The notes under the pieces are model-generated. The model ran no database searches. It had not been told where the DNA came from and saw only the letters and a list, made by a program, of their open reading frames with translations. Shown one piece after another: positions 1-8,391 of a stretch of 64,000 nucleotides of DNA. The stretch is from the NCBI GenBank assembly GCA_937863565.1, contig CALMGJ010000030.1, forward strand, positions 1 to 64,000, written 5' to 3'. The DNA comes from an uncultured bacterium. GTDB lineage: Bacteria; AUK180. Within the stretch, counting starts at the first letter, position 1. Each line of letters begins with the position of its first letter. Made by a program: the position numbers and the translations under genes.

Positions 1-1889
1 ACGACACATTCAATGATTCCATCTACACAGTAGCACTTCAGGCCGACGGGAAAGTGCTTATCGGCGGATTATTTACAGAAGTCGGATCAGAAACCAGAAA
101 TTATATGGCCCGATTAAATTCCGATGGCTCGCTTGATGCGACGTTCGCTCCGAATATCGATGAAAGGGTATGTTCTATTTGCGTTCAAGGGAACGGCATG
201 ATACTGATAGCCGGGTATTTTTCATCAGCCGGTGGTGCACCACGGCATTGCATAGCCCGGTTGAACGAGGATGGAAGCCTTGATACGGGATTCGATCCGG
301 ATGCGAGCGGAGCGGTATTTTCCGTAGCCTGTCAAACCGACGGGCAGATCTTGATCGGCGGACAATTCACAACTATCGGTGGGACGCCCCGGAATTATAT
401 CGCCAAGTTGAACTCTGATGGAACTCTTGATACGGGGTTCGATCCGAATGCGAGTGCCGATCTGTCGTCAGTATGCATTCAACCAGACGGGAAAGTGCAA
501 TTGACCGGTTATTTTCAAACGGTCACAGGTAAAGCAAGAAATCGGGTAGCAAGGGTAAGTGCGGATAATGCGGCAGTTCAGGAGATCATCGTTTCGGAAT
601 CGGGAACGAGCGTGAGATGGATGAGAAGCGGCTCCTGCCCGGAAGTATACAATGTCACTTTTGAGGGCTCATCTAATGGAACCAGTTGGACTTCCCTTCC
701 CGGAACGGCAATAAGAATAGACGGCGGCTGGGAACTCACAGGCCTTACGCTTCCGTTCAATGAGAACAGATTTATTAGGGCGAGAGGAAGAACGTATTGC
801 GGGTATTACAATGGCTCTTCATCTTTGATAGAATCAGTGAAGCAGTATTATCTCTGCGAAGCATACGAGATCTCCGGGCATATTACGGATGGAACGGACC
901 CGGTTGCGGGCGTAAGCCTGAGCATATTGAAGGACTGCATAGCCGTTAATGCGGCCGTAACGGATGACACCGGCAATTATATCCTTTCAATGCTCGCTCC
1001 GGGAGCTACTTATACAGTGATCCCGGTGAAAGATCATTATACTTTCGACCCGGTGAGCAGAACCTATACGGATCTTACGACAGACCAGAGCTCGGCGGAT
1101 TTTACCGGCACGCTGGATACATGGGCTCTGGGAGGCGTGGTCACGGACGGGATGTCTCCCATGACGGGAATATCGGTGTTTTTAACCGGCGGGCTGACCG
1201 ACAGCACAACGACAAGCGATACGGGGTATTTTATTTTTGCCGGTCTTCCCGCGGGCGCGACCTATAATGTAACGCCTTCGCTTCTGAACTGGACTTTCGA
1301 TCCCACGGACTATACCTACGGGGAGCTCTCTTCGGATCACCTTTCCTGCGATTTTTCGGGATCGCTGAATACATGGCAGATAAGCGGGAAAGTACTGGAT
1401 GAGAAATTGTACCCTATAGCCGGAGTGGAATTGAGGGAAAGCAAAGACGGAACCTCCGTTTTTACGGATTCCGGAGGCAACTATTCATTTACAATACTTG
1501 ATGCCGGGTGCACATATACGATCACGCCTACCAAGGCAGGATATGTCTTTGAACCCGATCATTCGCTCATTGCCGATCTTACGGGATCACAAACTTGTGA
1601 TTTCACCGGGACCCTGCTGGCCACTGCCGATTCGGTATTCGTATATCCGAACCCTGCCAGAGAATTCTTCACCTTGGACGCTCTGCCTTCGGGAGCCGAG
1701 GTCCGGCTATTCTCTTCGGACGGTTTTCTCATCGAAAAATGGAAGATGGAGGCAATATCTTCGCTCACTGTTTTTTTTGCCGATCTGACGCGCTTTAAAT
1801 TCTACCGCGGACATTATATGCTGTATATTAAATTCCCGGACGGAAGTACGGCAACAAAGGCCCTGTATTATTACGGAGGCTCGAAATGA
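1..1889 (+). CDS. Secreted delta-60 repeat (beta-propeller) protein with carboxypeptidase-regulatory-like repeats and T9SS-type C-terminal sorting domain; 5' end outside window
   Basis: Frame is open back to position 3 (DTFNDSIYTVALQADGKVLIGG). Repeated QxDGKILIGGxF...ARLNxDGSLDxxF units, three ISGxVxD...YTVTP..YTFDP Ig-like units, C-terminal VFVYPNPA...G.Y tail. Confidence 0.8.
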   Translation, partial: DTFNDSIYTVALQADGKVLIGGLFTEVGSETRNYMARLNSDGSLDATFAPNIDERVCSICVQGNGMILIAGYFSSAGGAPRHCIARLNEDGSLDTGFDPDASGAVFSVACQTDGQILIGGQFTTIGGTPRNYIAKLNSDGTLDTGFDPNASADLSSVCIQPDGKVQLTGYFQTVTGKARNRVARVSADNAAVQEIIVSESGTSVRWMRSGSCPEVYNVTFEGSSNGTSWTSLPGTAIRIDGGWELTGLTLPFNENRFIRARGRTYCGYYNGSSSLIESVKQYYLCEAYEISGHITDGTDPVAGVSLSILKDCIAVNAAVTDDTGNYILSMLAPGATYTVIPVKDHYTFDPVSRTYTDLTTDQSSADFTGTLDTWALGGVVTDGMSPMTGISVFLTGGLTDSTTTSDTGYFIFAGLPAGATYNVTPSLLNWTFDPTDYTYGELSSDHLSCDFSGSLNTWQISGKVLDEKLYPIAGVELRESKDGTSVFTDSGGNYSFTILDAGCTYTITPTKAGYVFEPDHSLIADLTGSQTCDFTGTLLATADSVFVYPNPAREFFTLDALPSGAEVRLFSSDGFLIEKWKMEAISSLTVFFADLTRFKFYRGHYMLYIKFPDGSTATKALYYYGGSK

Positions 1890-3229
1890 AAAAGATATTC
1901 TTATCCGCAATGATGTCGATCATGCTTTTATGCGGCGCATCCGAACTTCTCACGGCATACGACGCCTCCTATTTCTGGGGGCCTTCAAACGGCAATGCGG
2001 TTTCCGGTCTTTCTTTCAATCCTTCCATGTCGGGACTTCTGGAGCATGACCTGAATCTCCGGCTTTCGCACTTCACGGGAATATTCGAGGGTCAAGGGAT
2101 ATTAACGGGACTTATATCGGCCAGGATAGGAACGAAGATATCCGCACATCTCTGTTTCGCCAACTATTCAAAACCCGCTTGCGATGTTTATGACGGATCG
2201 GGGGATTTTATCGGGACTGTCGAGATCCCTTCAAGCATGAACATCAGCGGAGGTTTTACTTACAGGATAATGAGCGGCCTCTACGCCGGCCTTCAATATT
2301 CTCAATATATGAATTCGATCGCGGGTGAAGGCGGCGCGGTCCTGAATGAATCCCTCGGTCTTCTTTCCTTCGGTGTTAACTATACTTTCAAGGGATTTCT
2401 TCTGGGCCTTTCCCTGAAGAATGTAAAATTGTACGAACCGCTCGAATATGAAGGTAGTTATCCGGATATGAGCGCGATCAATTTCTCCGTGTTCAGAAGA
2501 TTTCTGAAAAACGATCTCAATACGGGGCTGATATTCACGAACGTGAACGGCAGGGACAGCGGGTATCAGACAGGCCTCTCTCTGGAATACAGATTGATGA
2601 GGATGATCTATTTGCGGGCGGCTTACATTTACGGGACCCAATACATTTCAATGGCTTTTAAAGCAGGTCTCGGGATAAAATACGGGAACTTCGAGTTTGA
2701 TTACACATTCTCGCCCTCGGAATTTGGCGGTCAACACTATGTCAGCTTGGGTTACGGATACGATCTTCCCGAGAAGAAGAAGAAATGGAAACCCGTCAAT
2801 GAGAGCGAGAGGATACTTGTCGCCGTTCTTGATTTTGAAGCCCGGGATGTCGAGGAGAGCGAATCGGTCATCATTACTGATTATATCAGAGGTGATATGA
2901 TCAATTCCGGATATTTCAAAGTCCTTGAACGGAGTGCTATAAACGCGATCCTTACTGAAGTGAACTTCCAGCAAACGGGATGTACGGATGCGGCCTGCGC
3001 AGTGGAGCTCGGGAAGATCCTTGCCGTGAGGAAGATGGTCGTAGGAAGAATATCCAAGGTAAAGGGGAAATTTTACATTACCGCGCGCCTTGTAGATGTA
3101 GAGACCTCAGAAGTTCAGGCCTCCGTATCCGTTGAAGCGACTGAAACACTGGACGGCCTGCCGCAACATATTTCCTCTTTAGTTGAGCAAATGATAGATA
3201 AGATAAGAACGAAACGAAGTGAACAGTGA
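1886..3229 (+). CDS. PorV/PorQ-like outer-membrane beta-barrel fused to a C-terminal CsgG/HfaB-like domain
   Basis: Signal peptide; FNPSxxG motif; amphipathic strands ending LRAAY...GLGIKY..FEFDYTF...HYVSLGY; then VAVLDFE...FKVLERSAINAILTE..QQTGC..ACAVELGKIL. ATGA overlap with the upstream gene. Confidence 0.65.
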   Translation: MKKIFLSAMMSIMLLCGASELLTAYDASYFWGPSNGNAVSGLSFNPSMSGLLEHDLNLRLSHFTGIFEGQGILTGLISARIGTKISAHLCFANYSKPACDVYDGSGDFIGTVEIPSSMNISGGFTYRIMSGLYAGLQYSQYMNSIAGEGGAVLNESLGLLSFGVNYTFKGFLLGLSLKNVKLYEPLEYEGSYPDMSAINFSVFRRFLKNDLNTGLIFTNVNGRDSGYQTGLSLEYRLMRMIYLRAAYIYGTQYISMAFKAGLGIKYGNFEFDYTFSPSEFGGQHYVSLGYGYDLPEKKKKWKPVNESERILVAVLDFEARDVEESESVIITDYIRGDMINSGYFKVLERSAINAILTEVNFQQTGCTDAACAVELGKILAVRKMVVGRISKVKGKFYITARLVDVETSEVQASVSVEATETLDGLPQHISSLVEQMIDKIRTKRSEQ

Positions 3230-3233
3230 AAAG

Positions 3234-3317
3234 AGTTGAAAGTTGAGAGTTGACAGTTGAGAGTTGACAGTTGAGAGTTGACAGTTGAGAGTTGATAATT
3301 GAGAGTTGATAATTGAT
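3234..3317. repeat. Tandem heptamer array (A[G/A]TTGAN) x12
   Basis: AGTTGAA, then alternating AGTTGAG/AGTTGAC, ending AGTTGAT/AATTGAG/AGTTGAT/AATTGAT; read directly. Confidence 0.95.
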
Positions 3318-3457
3318 AGCTCTAAGTTAAGAATAATATAAAATCAACTCGTTAACTCGAAGACGGTCCTCCGCCAAAACCACGACTGGATAAAAGATCG
3401 GAATTGCATTTTCACAGGACGCAATCGCACAATGCAAAGTAAAACGCTTTTTCTTCT

Positions 3458-3485
3458 TTCAAATTCATGTTTTTTGTGATAAAAT
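3458..3485 (+). promoter_or_regulatory. Putative sigma70 extended -10 promoter, near-leaderless
   Basis: TG-A-TAAAAT at 3477-3485, weak -35 TTCAAA at 3458-3463; ATG 8 nt downstream with no SD. Confidence 0.5.
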
Positions 3486-3493
3486 AATACACA

Positions 3494-4276
3494 ATGGAAA
3501 GAAAAATAAAGAATATCCTCAGATACAGGTTCCTGGGCAAGGAATTCATCTTTCAAACGAATTCTTTCTTCGAAGAGGCAGTGAGTTTCATCTCTGATGA
3601 TCTTCCCGTGCACAGTGATCCGGTCTTCTTCACAGAAACTGAACCGGAGGAATTCTACGGCAGATTTCTGGCATACTCGGGATTGTCCATTTGGGAAGGG
3701 GATGATCAGAATTATTTCCGGCTGAAAAAGGCGCCGGACATTGATGAGAGAATAGTATTTTTTAATTGGATAAGATACAATATTGCGAAAGTATTGAAAG
3801 AAGAATACCTCTGCTTTCACGGCGCCCTTGTGCGTAAAAGCGGCCTGCTTACGGCATTTTTAGGAAAAAGCGGTTCGGGTAAGACCACGCTGTGCGAAAC
3901 GCTTGGAAGAAAGGGTTATGAGATACTCACCGATGAAATGATCCTGGTCGGCGAAGAGGGATCGAGTTTCATTCCGAGAGACTTGTATATTCAGTCGCAG
4001 AACGGTTTTCAAAGCGAAGTGTTCGGATGCAAGATCGCGATCCTGAATAATGCCAGGCGGATAGAGGAACTCCCGCCGCTTGACAATATATACATCCTCT
4101 CAAAAGGCCAGGCGGGGTTTTCCAAAATACTCGAAACCGTACATCCTTTCGATTTCTATATGCCAAAGGACAATAAAAGGTTTTTCAACGAATGCCTGAA
4201 GATCCAGGGCAATTGCGTTTTTCTTGAGCTGAAAGGATATGATGAGATAAGGGAATATGCAGAAAATTTTAAATAA
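3494..4276 (+). CDS. HPr kinase-related P-loop protein
   Basis: CFHGALV...FLGKSGSGKTTL...ILTDEMILV: His, Walker A and acidic pair of the HprK/PEPCK-like fold. Confidence 0.7.
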   Translation: MERKIKNILRYRFLGKEFIFQTNSFFEEAVSFISDDLPVHSDPVFFTETEPEEFYGRFLAYSGLSIWEGDDQNYFRLKKAPDIDERIVFFNWIRYNIAKVLKEEYLCFHGALVRKSGLLTAFLGKSGSGKTTLCETLGRKGYEILTDEMILVGEEGSSFIPRDLYIQSQNGFQSEVFGCKIAILNNARRIEELPPLDNIYILSKGQAGFSKILETVHPFDFYMPKDNKRFFNECLKIQGNCVFLELKGYDEIREYAENFK

Positions 4277-5186
4277 GATCTTCATTCAGCTCTCACTTCC
4301 CGGCTCCGACGCCGATCTCGGCTCTTTTAAGCTTGATGAAACATTCGAGAAGGGATTCTTAAGGAAGATGATGTTCCATAAGACCTGGGGCTTCATCGGT
4401 CAGAAGAAGGAGGCACTGGAAAAGTATTTTACTGCTGATCTCATAGAAACGGTGAACGGGCTTCGTGAACAGAATATAATAAAAAATGAAGTATATTCGG
4501 ACTTTACGGAACACCTTGCCGAAAAGATACGGTTCATCCCGCTTAAGGGGGTATATTATCTTAAAAATATCTATAAGGACGATTATTCTCTGAGGTTCAT
4601 GTCGGATATAGATATTCTCCTCAAGCTGGAAGATCTTCTTGAATGCGCGGAATTATTAAGTGCTTATGGCTTCAATGTCCCTTCCGATGCAGATATCAGG
4701 CAGGAACTTCAATTCCGCTCCCATATAACTTTGAACGGATTTCATAAGAAATTTCCCGTTTCGATAGAGCTTCATACAAGGCCTTTCGAGACGGATATCA
4801 GTATCCCCAGCTGCGCGCTTGACGATCCGTTGTTCATTTCCACTGTACATTCCGTTTTTCATTACTATACGGACCGCTTTTACCATTTCTCCGATTGGGC
4901 ATACATCAAAGAAAAAACGAATGATACCCGATCGTCTGTGAAAATGCTTGAAACTTCGGGATTTTTAAAGAATTTTAAATACCTCGAAAAATTAGAGAAT
5001 ATATTTAAAAAAAGCGGAGAAGTACCGTATCCATTCAGGAATTTTATTGCGAAGGACCGTGTCGCAAACACTTTCGAACGCTTCTGGTTCTGGTATTTTA
5101 TCGAAGGGAAGGTGAAAACGGGAAGCGGATACATCGCGCATTATCTAAAAAGGGAAAAACATGATAAGACCGATCGATCTTGTTAA
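4257..5186 (+). CDS. Nucleotidyltransferase family protein (NTP_transf_5-like)
   Basis: IPLKGVYYL...LRFMSDIDILL and IELH motifs. Confidence 0.75.
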   Translation: MQKILNKIFIQLSLPGSDADLGSFKLDETFEKGFLRKMMFHKTWGFIGQKKEALEKYFTADLIETVNGLREQNIIKNEVYSDFTEHLAEKIRFIPLKGVYYLKNIYKDDYSLRFMSDIDILLKLEDLLECAELLSAYGFNVPSDADIRQELQFRSHITLNGFHKKFPVSIELHTRPFETDISIPSCALDDPLFISTVHSVFHYYTDRFYHFSDWAYIKEKTNDTRSSVKMLETSGFLKNFKYLEKLENIFKKSGEVPYPFRNFIAKDRVANTFERFWFWYFIEGKVKTGSGYIAHYLKREKHDKTDRSC

Positions 5187-6177
5187 AGGAAAAGTTCTGA
5201 TCCTTGATCAGACCGCACTGCCGGGAAAGAAGAAATATATCACGATCTCGACTGCATCGGAAATGGCGGATGCCATTAAAACTATGAAGATAAGAGGCGC
5301 GCCGGCATTGGGGATCGCAGCTGCTTTCGGAGTATATCTTTCCGCAAGAACGAACCGGGATCTCGGTAACATCAGAGCCGACATGGAGAGATTGAGATCA
5401 TCCCGCCCGACCGCGAAGAACATCTCAGCAGTTCTGAACATGATCGAAAAAAAACTTACTAAAAGCAAAGATCCCGCAAAGGATATCCTTAAAGAAGCAT
5501 TGAAGATTCAGAAAGATGATATCGGCAAGTGCCTTGCGATAGGAAAATACGGGGTCCGTCTGATCAAGAACGGCTTTAAGGTGATGACATACTGCAATGC
5601 GGGAACATTGGCGACAGGCCAATATGGAACGGCTCTCTCCCCTTTATATGCGGCAAAAAAAGAGGGTATTGAATTCGAAGTATTTGTTCATGAGACCAGG
5701 CCTTATATGCAGGGTTCCCGTTTGACCGCTTGGGAACTTTCCGAAGCGGGAATAAAGAATACGCTCATCACGGACAACGCCTCCGCTTATACTCAGATCG
5801 TAAAGCAAATCGACCTCGTTATCGTCGGCGCAGACCGAGTTGCCAAAAACGGAGACATCGCAAATAAAATCGGGACATACGGCCTTGCCGTGACCGCGCG
5901 ATACCATAAGATACCTTTCTACACGGCTTTTCCGGCAACGACATTTGATCCCGAATGCAATAGCGGAAACGATATTAAAATAGAGATACGGCCCGAAGAA
6001 GAGATCAGGTTCATAAAGGGGGAGAAGAACACACATGATAGAACGGCCGTATTCAATCCTTCATTCGATGTTACTCCGCGGGCTCTTATTTCGGGATACA
6101 TTACGGAATACGGGTTCTTCCGGGATGTAAGGAAGATGACCGCGTTTTTTAGAGGGAAAGTTGATGATAGATCCTGA
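5161..6177 (+). CDS. mtnA: S-methyl-5-thioribose-1-phosphate isomerase
   Basis: LDQTALP, IRGAPALG, SRPTA, TYCNAGTLAT, ETRPYMQGSRLTAWEL, GADRVAKNGDIANKIGTY, NPSFDVTP. Confidence 0.95.
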   Translation: MIRPIDLVKGKVLILDQTALPGKKKYITISTASEMADAIKTMKIRGAPALGIAAAFGVYLSARTNRDLGNIRADMERLRSSRPTAKNISAVLNMIEKKLTKSKDPAKDILKEALKIQKDDIGKCLAIGKYGVRLIKNGFKVMTYCNAGTLATGQYGTALSPLYAAKKEGIEFEVFVHETRPYMQGSRLTAWELSEAGIKNTLITDNASAYTQIVKQIDLVIVGADRVAKNGDIANKIGTYGLAVTARYHKIPFYTAFPATTFDPECNSGNDIKIEIRPEEEIRFIKGEKNTHDRTAVFNPSFDVTPRALISGYITEYGFFRDVRKMTAFFRGKVDDRS

Positions 6178-6856
6178 GCAGATCAAAAAGAACGTAAAAG
6201 ACCTTCTTTCCGGAATACCTTCCGGCATCACTGTTGTTGCTGCCGCTAAAACAAGGACCGCTCCTGAGATCAATGCCGCAATCGAAGCGGGGATCTCCGC
6301 GATAGGGGAGAACTATTTTCAGGAGGCTGCTTCTGTTCGGCCTTTATTAAAAGGGAATTTCGAATTCCATTATATAGGGCGTATCCAGAGCAATAAGGCG
6401 AAGAGGATCGCAGGTTTGTTCGATAAGGTTCAGACACTATCCGGTTTGGGAACTGCGGAAATAATCGACAGGTATCTGAATGAAAAAGGCGAAAAAAAAG
6501 AATTCTTCATTGAAGTGAATATCGCTTCGGAAAAGAACAAATCCGGCGTGCTGCCCGACGATCTGGAGAGCTTCGCCTCCGGACTATCGGCATTTCCGGC
6601 TCTTGAAATAACCGGTCTTATGACAATGGGGCCTTTTGATGCAGGAGCAGATGAAATGAAGAGATATTTTCAAAAAGCAAAGAACCTTTTCGAAAGATTA
6701 AAAGATAAGAGCGGAACGAACATGAATATGAAATACCTTTCAATGGGGATGTCGGGAACATACCATCTGGCGATCGAATGCGGCGCGAATATGGTAAGAA
6801 TAGGAACGGGAATATTCGGAGAAAGGCGGGAAGCAGTGAAGAGAGTTGAGAGTTGA
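6164..6856 (+). CDS. yggS: PLP homeostasis protein (YggS family)
   Basis: VAAAKT, GENYFQE, HYIGRIQSNKAK, GLMTM, LSMGMS, VRIGTGIFGER. Alternative start TTG 6161. Confidence 0.93.
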   Translation: MIDPEQIKKNVKDLLSGIPSGITVVAAAKTRTAPEINAAIEAGISAIGENYFQEAASVRPLLKGNFEFHYIGRIQSNKAKRIAGLFDKVQTLSGLGTAEIIDRYLNEKGEKKEFFIEVNIASEKNKSGVLPDDLESFASGLSAFPALEITGLMTMGPFDAGADEMKRYFQKAKNLFERLKDKSGTNMNMKYLSMGMSGTYHLAIECGANMVRIGTGIFGERREAVKRVES

Positions 6857-6984
6857 AAGTTGAGAGTTGAGAGTTGGGCGAAAAGCCAAGTGAATAACGA
6901 ACAGTGAAGAGTGAATAGTGAAGAGATGAAAGAGGTTAGAGGTTAGAGGATAGAGACGAGGCGCAGTGAAGAGAGTTGAGAGTT
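6833..6984. repeat. Composite heptamer tract (AGTTGAG, AGTGAAN, AGAGGTT units) bounded by an exact 22-bp direct repeat
   Basis: GCAGTGAAGAGAGTTGAGAGTT at 6833-6854 and 6963-6984; sub-arrays at 6844-6878, 6889-6923 and 6931-6951. Confidence 0.9.
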
Positions 6985-7102
6985 AGAATAATAAAAAATA
7001 CAAATGACCCCGTTAACTCTAAAGCGTTCCTACGCTCGCAAGCTTCTTGCCAACCCGTTAACCGGAAAATAAAGCGAAGCGTTCAAATAGAGGAGTACAG
7101 AT

Positions 7103-8197
7103 ATGGGAAATGAAAGCAGGGGATCGAATTTTATGGGTAGAAGATTCATTGCATTTATCATTAATGCTCTGACCGGAACGCTTTTTGCCGGAAGTTCTTT
7201 TTTTATCCTGTATCTTTTGATAACGTTCTTCTCGCCGCAATTCGCTGCAACCGCTTTCGCCTTCCTGGCTGCAGCGGTCCTCGCGATCCTTGCCGCAGCG
7301 GTTGTATTTGCCTTGTTCAGAGGACCGAAACCCTCTCTTCCCGGTTACAGGGAGCAGGGCCTTGCCATTGTGGATGGTCAGGGAAACCCTATAGGTTTTA
7401 AAACCGCTTTTTTAAGGAATATCCTATATATCCTGTCCGCGATGCCCTTATTTATCGGACTCATATGGTGTATATTCGATAAAAACGGGCGTGGCTGGCC
7501 CGATATTGTTCTTGATACGAGAATAATAAGTTCCAGGGAAGAAAGTTCTGAGGACGAAAGGCACTGGACTCAAAAAGCGGCATTTCAGATATCTTTGGTC
7601 CTGAATATCGTCCTTATCCTCGTTCTAGTTCAGGTTTTTTTCAGGGTGGCTTCCCGGACGATCTTCTTTTATTCGTCAATAATTCTGTTTATAATAGCTT
7701 TTTTAGAGATGCTGATGTCTATTATTTTAAGATTTATCGGCCGCAAGGGCGGAAAGAAGATACGGGGCGATTACGGTTTTGGAAATGCCCTTGCCTGCAT
7801 GTTCATAGCATTATTCATCTTTTCCGCATTCCCCTCCGGTCCTTCAAACACGGCGATCCTGGCTCGTGAAAGGTGTGAAAGAGAGATGTTGCAATTGGCC
7901 GGGGATATCGAACGCTTCTATGAAAATTTCGGGCGTTTACCGGATTCACTTGATGAACTTATCGAAGAAGACCTCGTGAACATTCTGCCTGAGCCCTTCC
8001 ACTGTCCGGGAAAGGAATATATCTACAAGATCGATAGGAAGAGGAGTGGTGACCGCTTCATGATCCTGCATCCCTGTCCGGAAAAAATGATGAAAGAAAC
8101 GGGGTTTCTCGGCGCACCGAAGAGATGCACGGAACTATTGTTCATACAGGACAGGGGAATAATTGTGAACTGCGGCTCTGAAATGCCGGGAAAATGA
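7103..8197 (+). CDS. RDD-family membrane protein with C-terminal pseudopilin-like domain
   Basis: GRRFIAFII...FLRNILY...GWPDIVLDTRII RDD pattern; several TM helices; C-terminal ARERCEREMLQLAGDIERFYENFGRLPDSLDEL. SD AGGAG at 7091. Confidence 0.6.
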   Translation: MGNESRGSNFMGRRFIAFIINALTGTLFAGSSFFILYLLITFFSPQFAATAFAFLAAAVLAILAAAVVFALFRGPKPSLPGYREQGLAIVDGQGNPIGFKTAFLRNILYILSAMPLFIGLIWCIFDKNGRGWPDIVLDTRIISSREESSEDERHWTQKAAFQISLVLNIVLILVLVQVFFRVASRTIFFYSSIILFIIAFLEMLMSIILRFIGRKGGKKIRGDYGFGNALACMFIALFIFSAFPSGPSNTAILARERCEREMLQLAGDIERFYENFGRLPDSLDELIEEDLVNILPEPFHCPGKEYIYKIDRKRSGDRFMILHPCPEKMMKETGFLGAPKRCTELLFIQDRGIIVNCGSEMPGK

Positions 8198-8337
8198 AAC
8201 GTTTCTTCTCGAAGTGTTTTGCTCTAAGGTTCAGCTTGATCTTGAATAGGGATATTACCGCTTAAAGCATACTTCTCACAGAAAACTTAAAAATATGTTC
8301 TTCTTGGAAAAAACCTGCCGGCCTCGAAGTAAAAAAT

Positions 8338-8366
8338 TTGACTTATGAACCATTTTTATATATAAT
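8338..8366 (+). promoter_or_regulatory. sigma70 promoter of the long + strand gene run
   Basis: TTGACT(8338)-17 nt-TATAAT(8361); SD AGGGGG at 8381. Confidence 0.75.
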
Positions 8367-8391
8367 ACTAAAAATACTATAGGGGGATGAG

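Noticed and set aside
3318..3493. Lasso/RiPP precursor upstream of the kinase-nucleotidyltransferase pair
   Set aside because: No small ORF with an RBS or leader motif found; the region holds the repeat tail and a promoter.
7011..7062. GTTAAC...GTTAAC segment as an integron attC site
   Set aside because: Ends do not fit RYYYAAC/GTTRRRY and the inner arms are not complementary; no IntI present.
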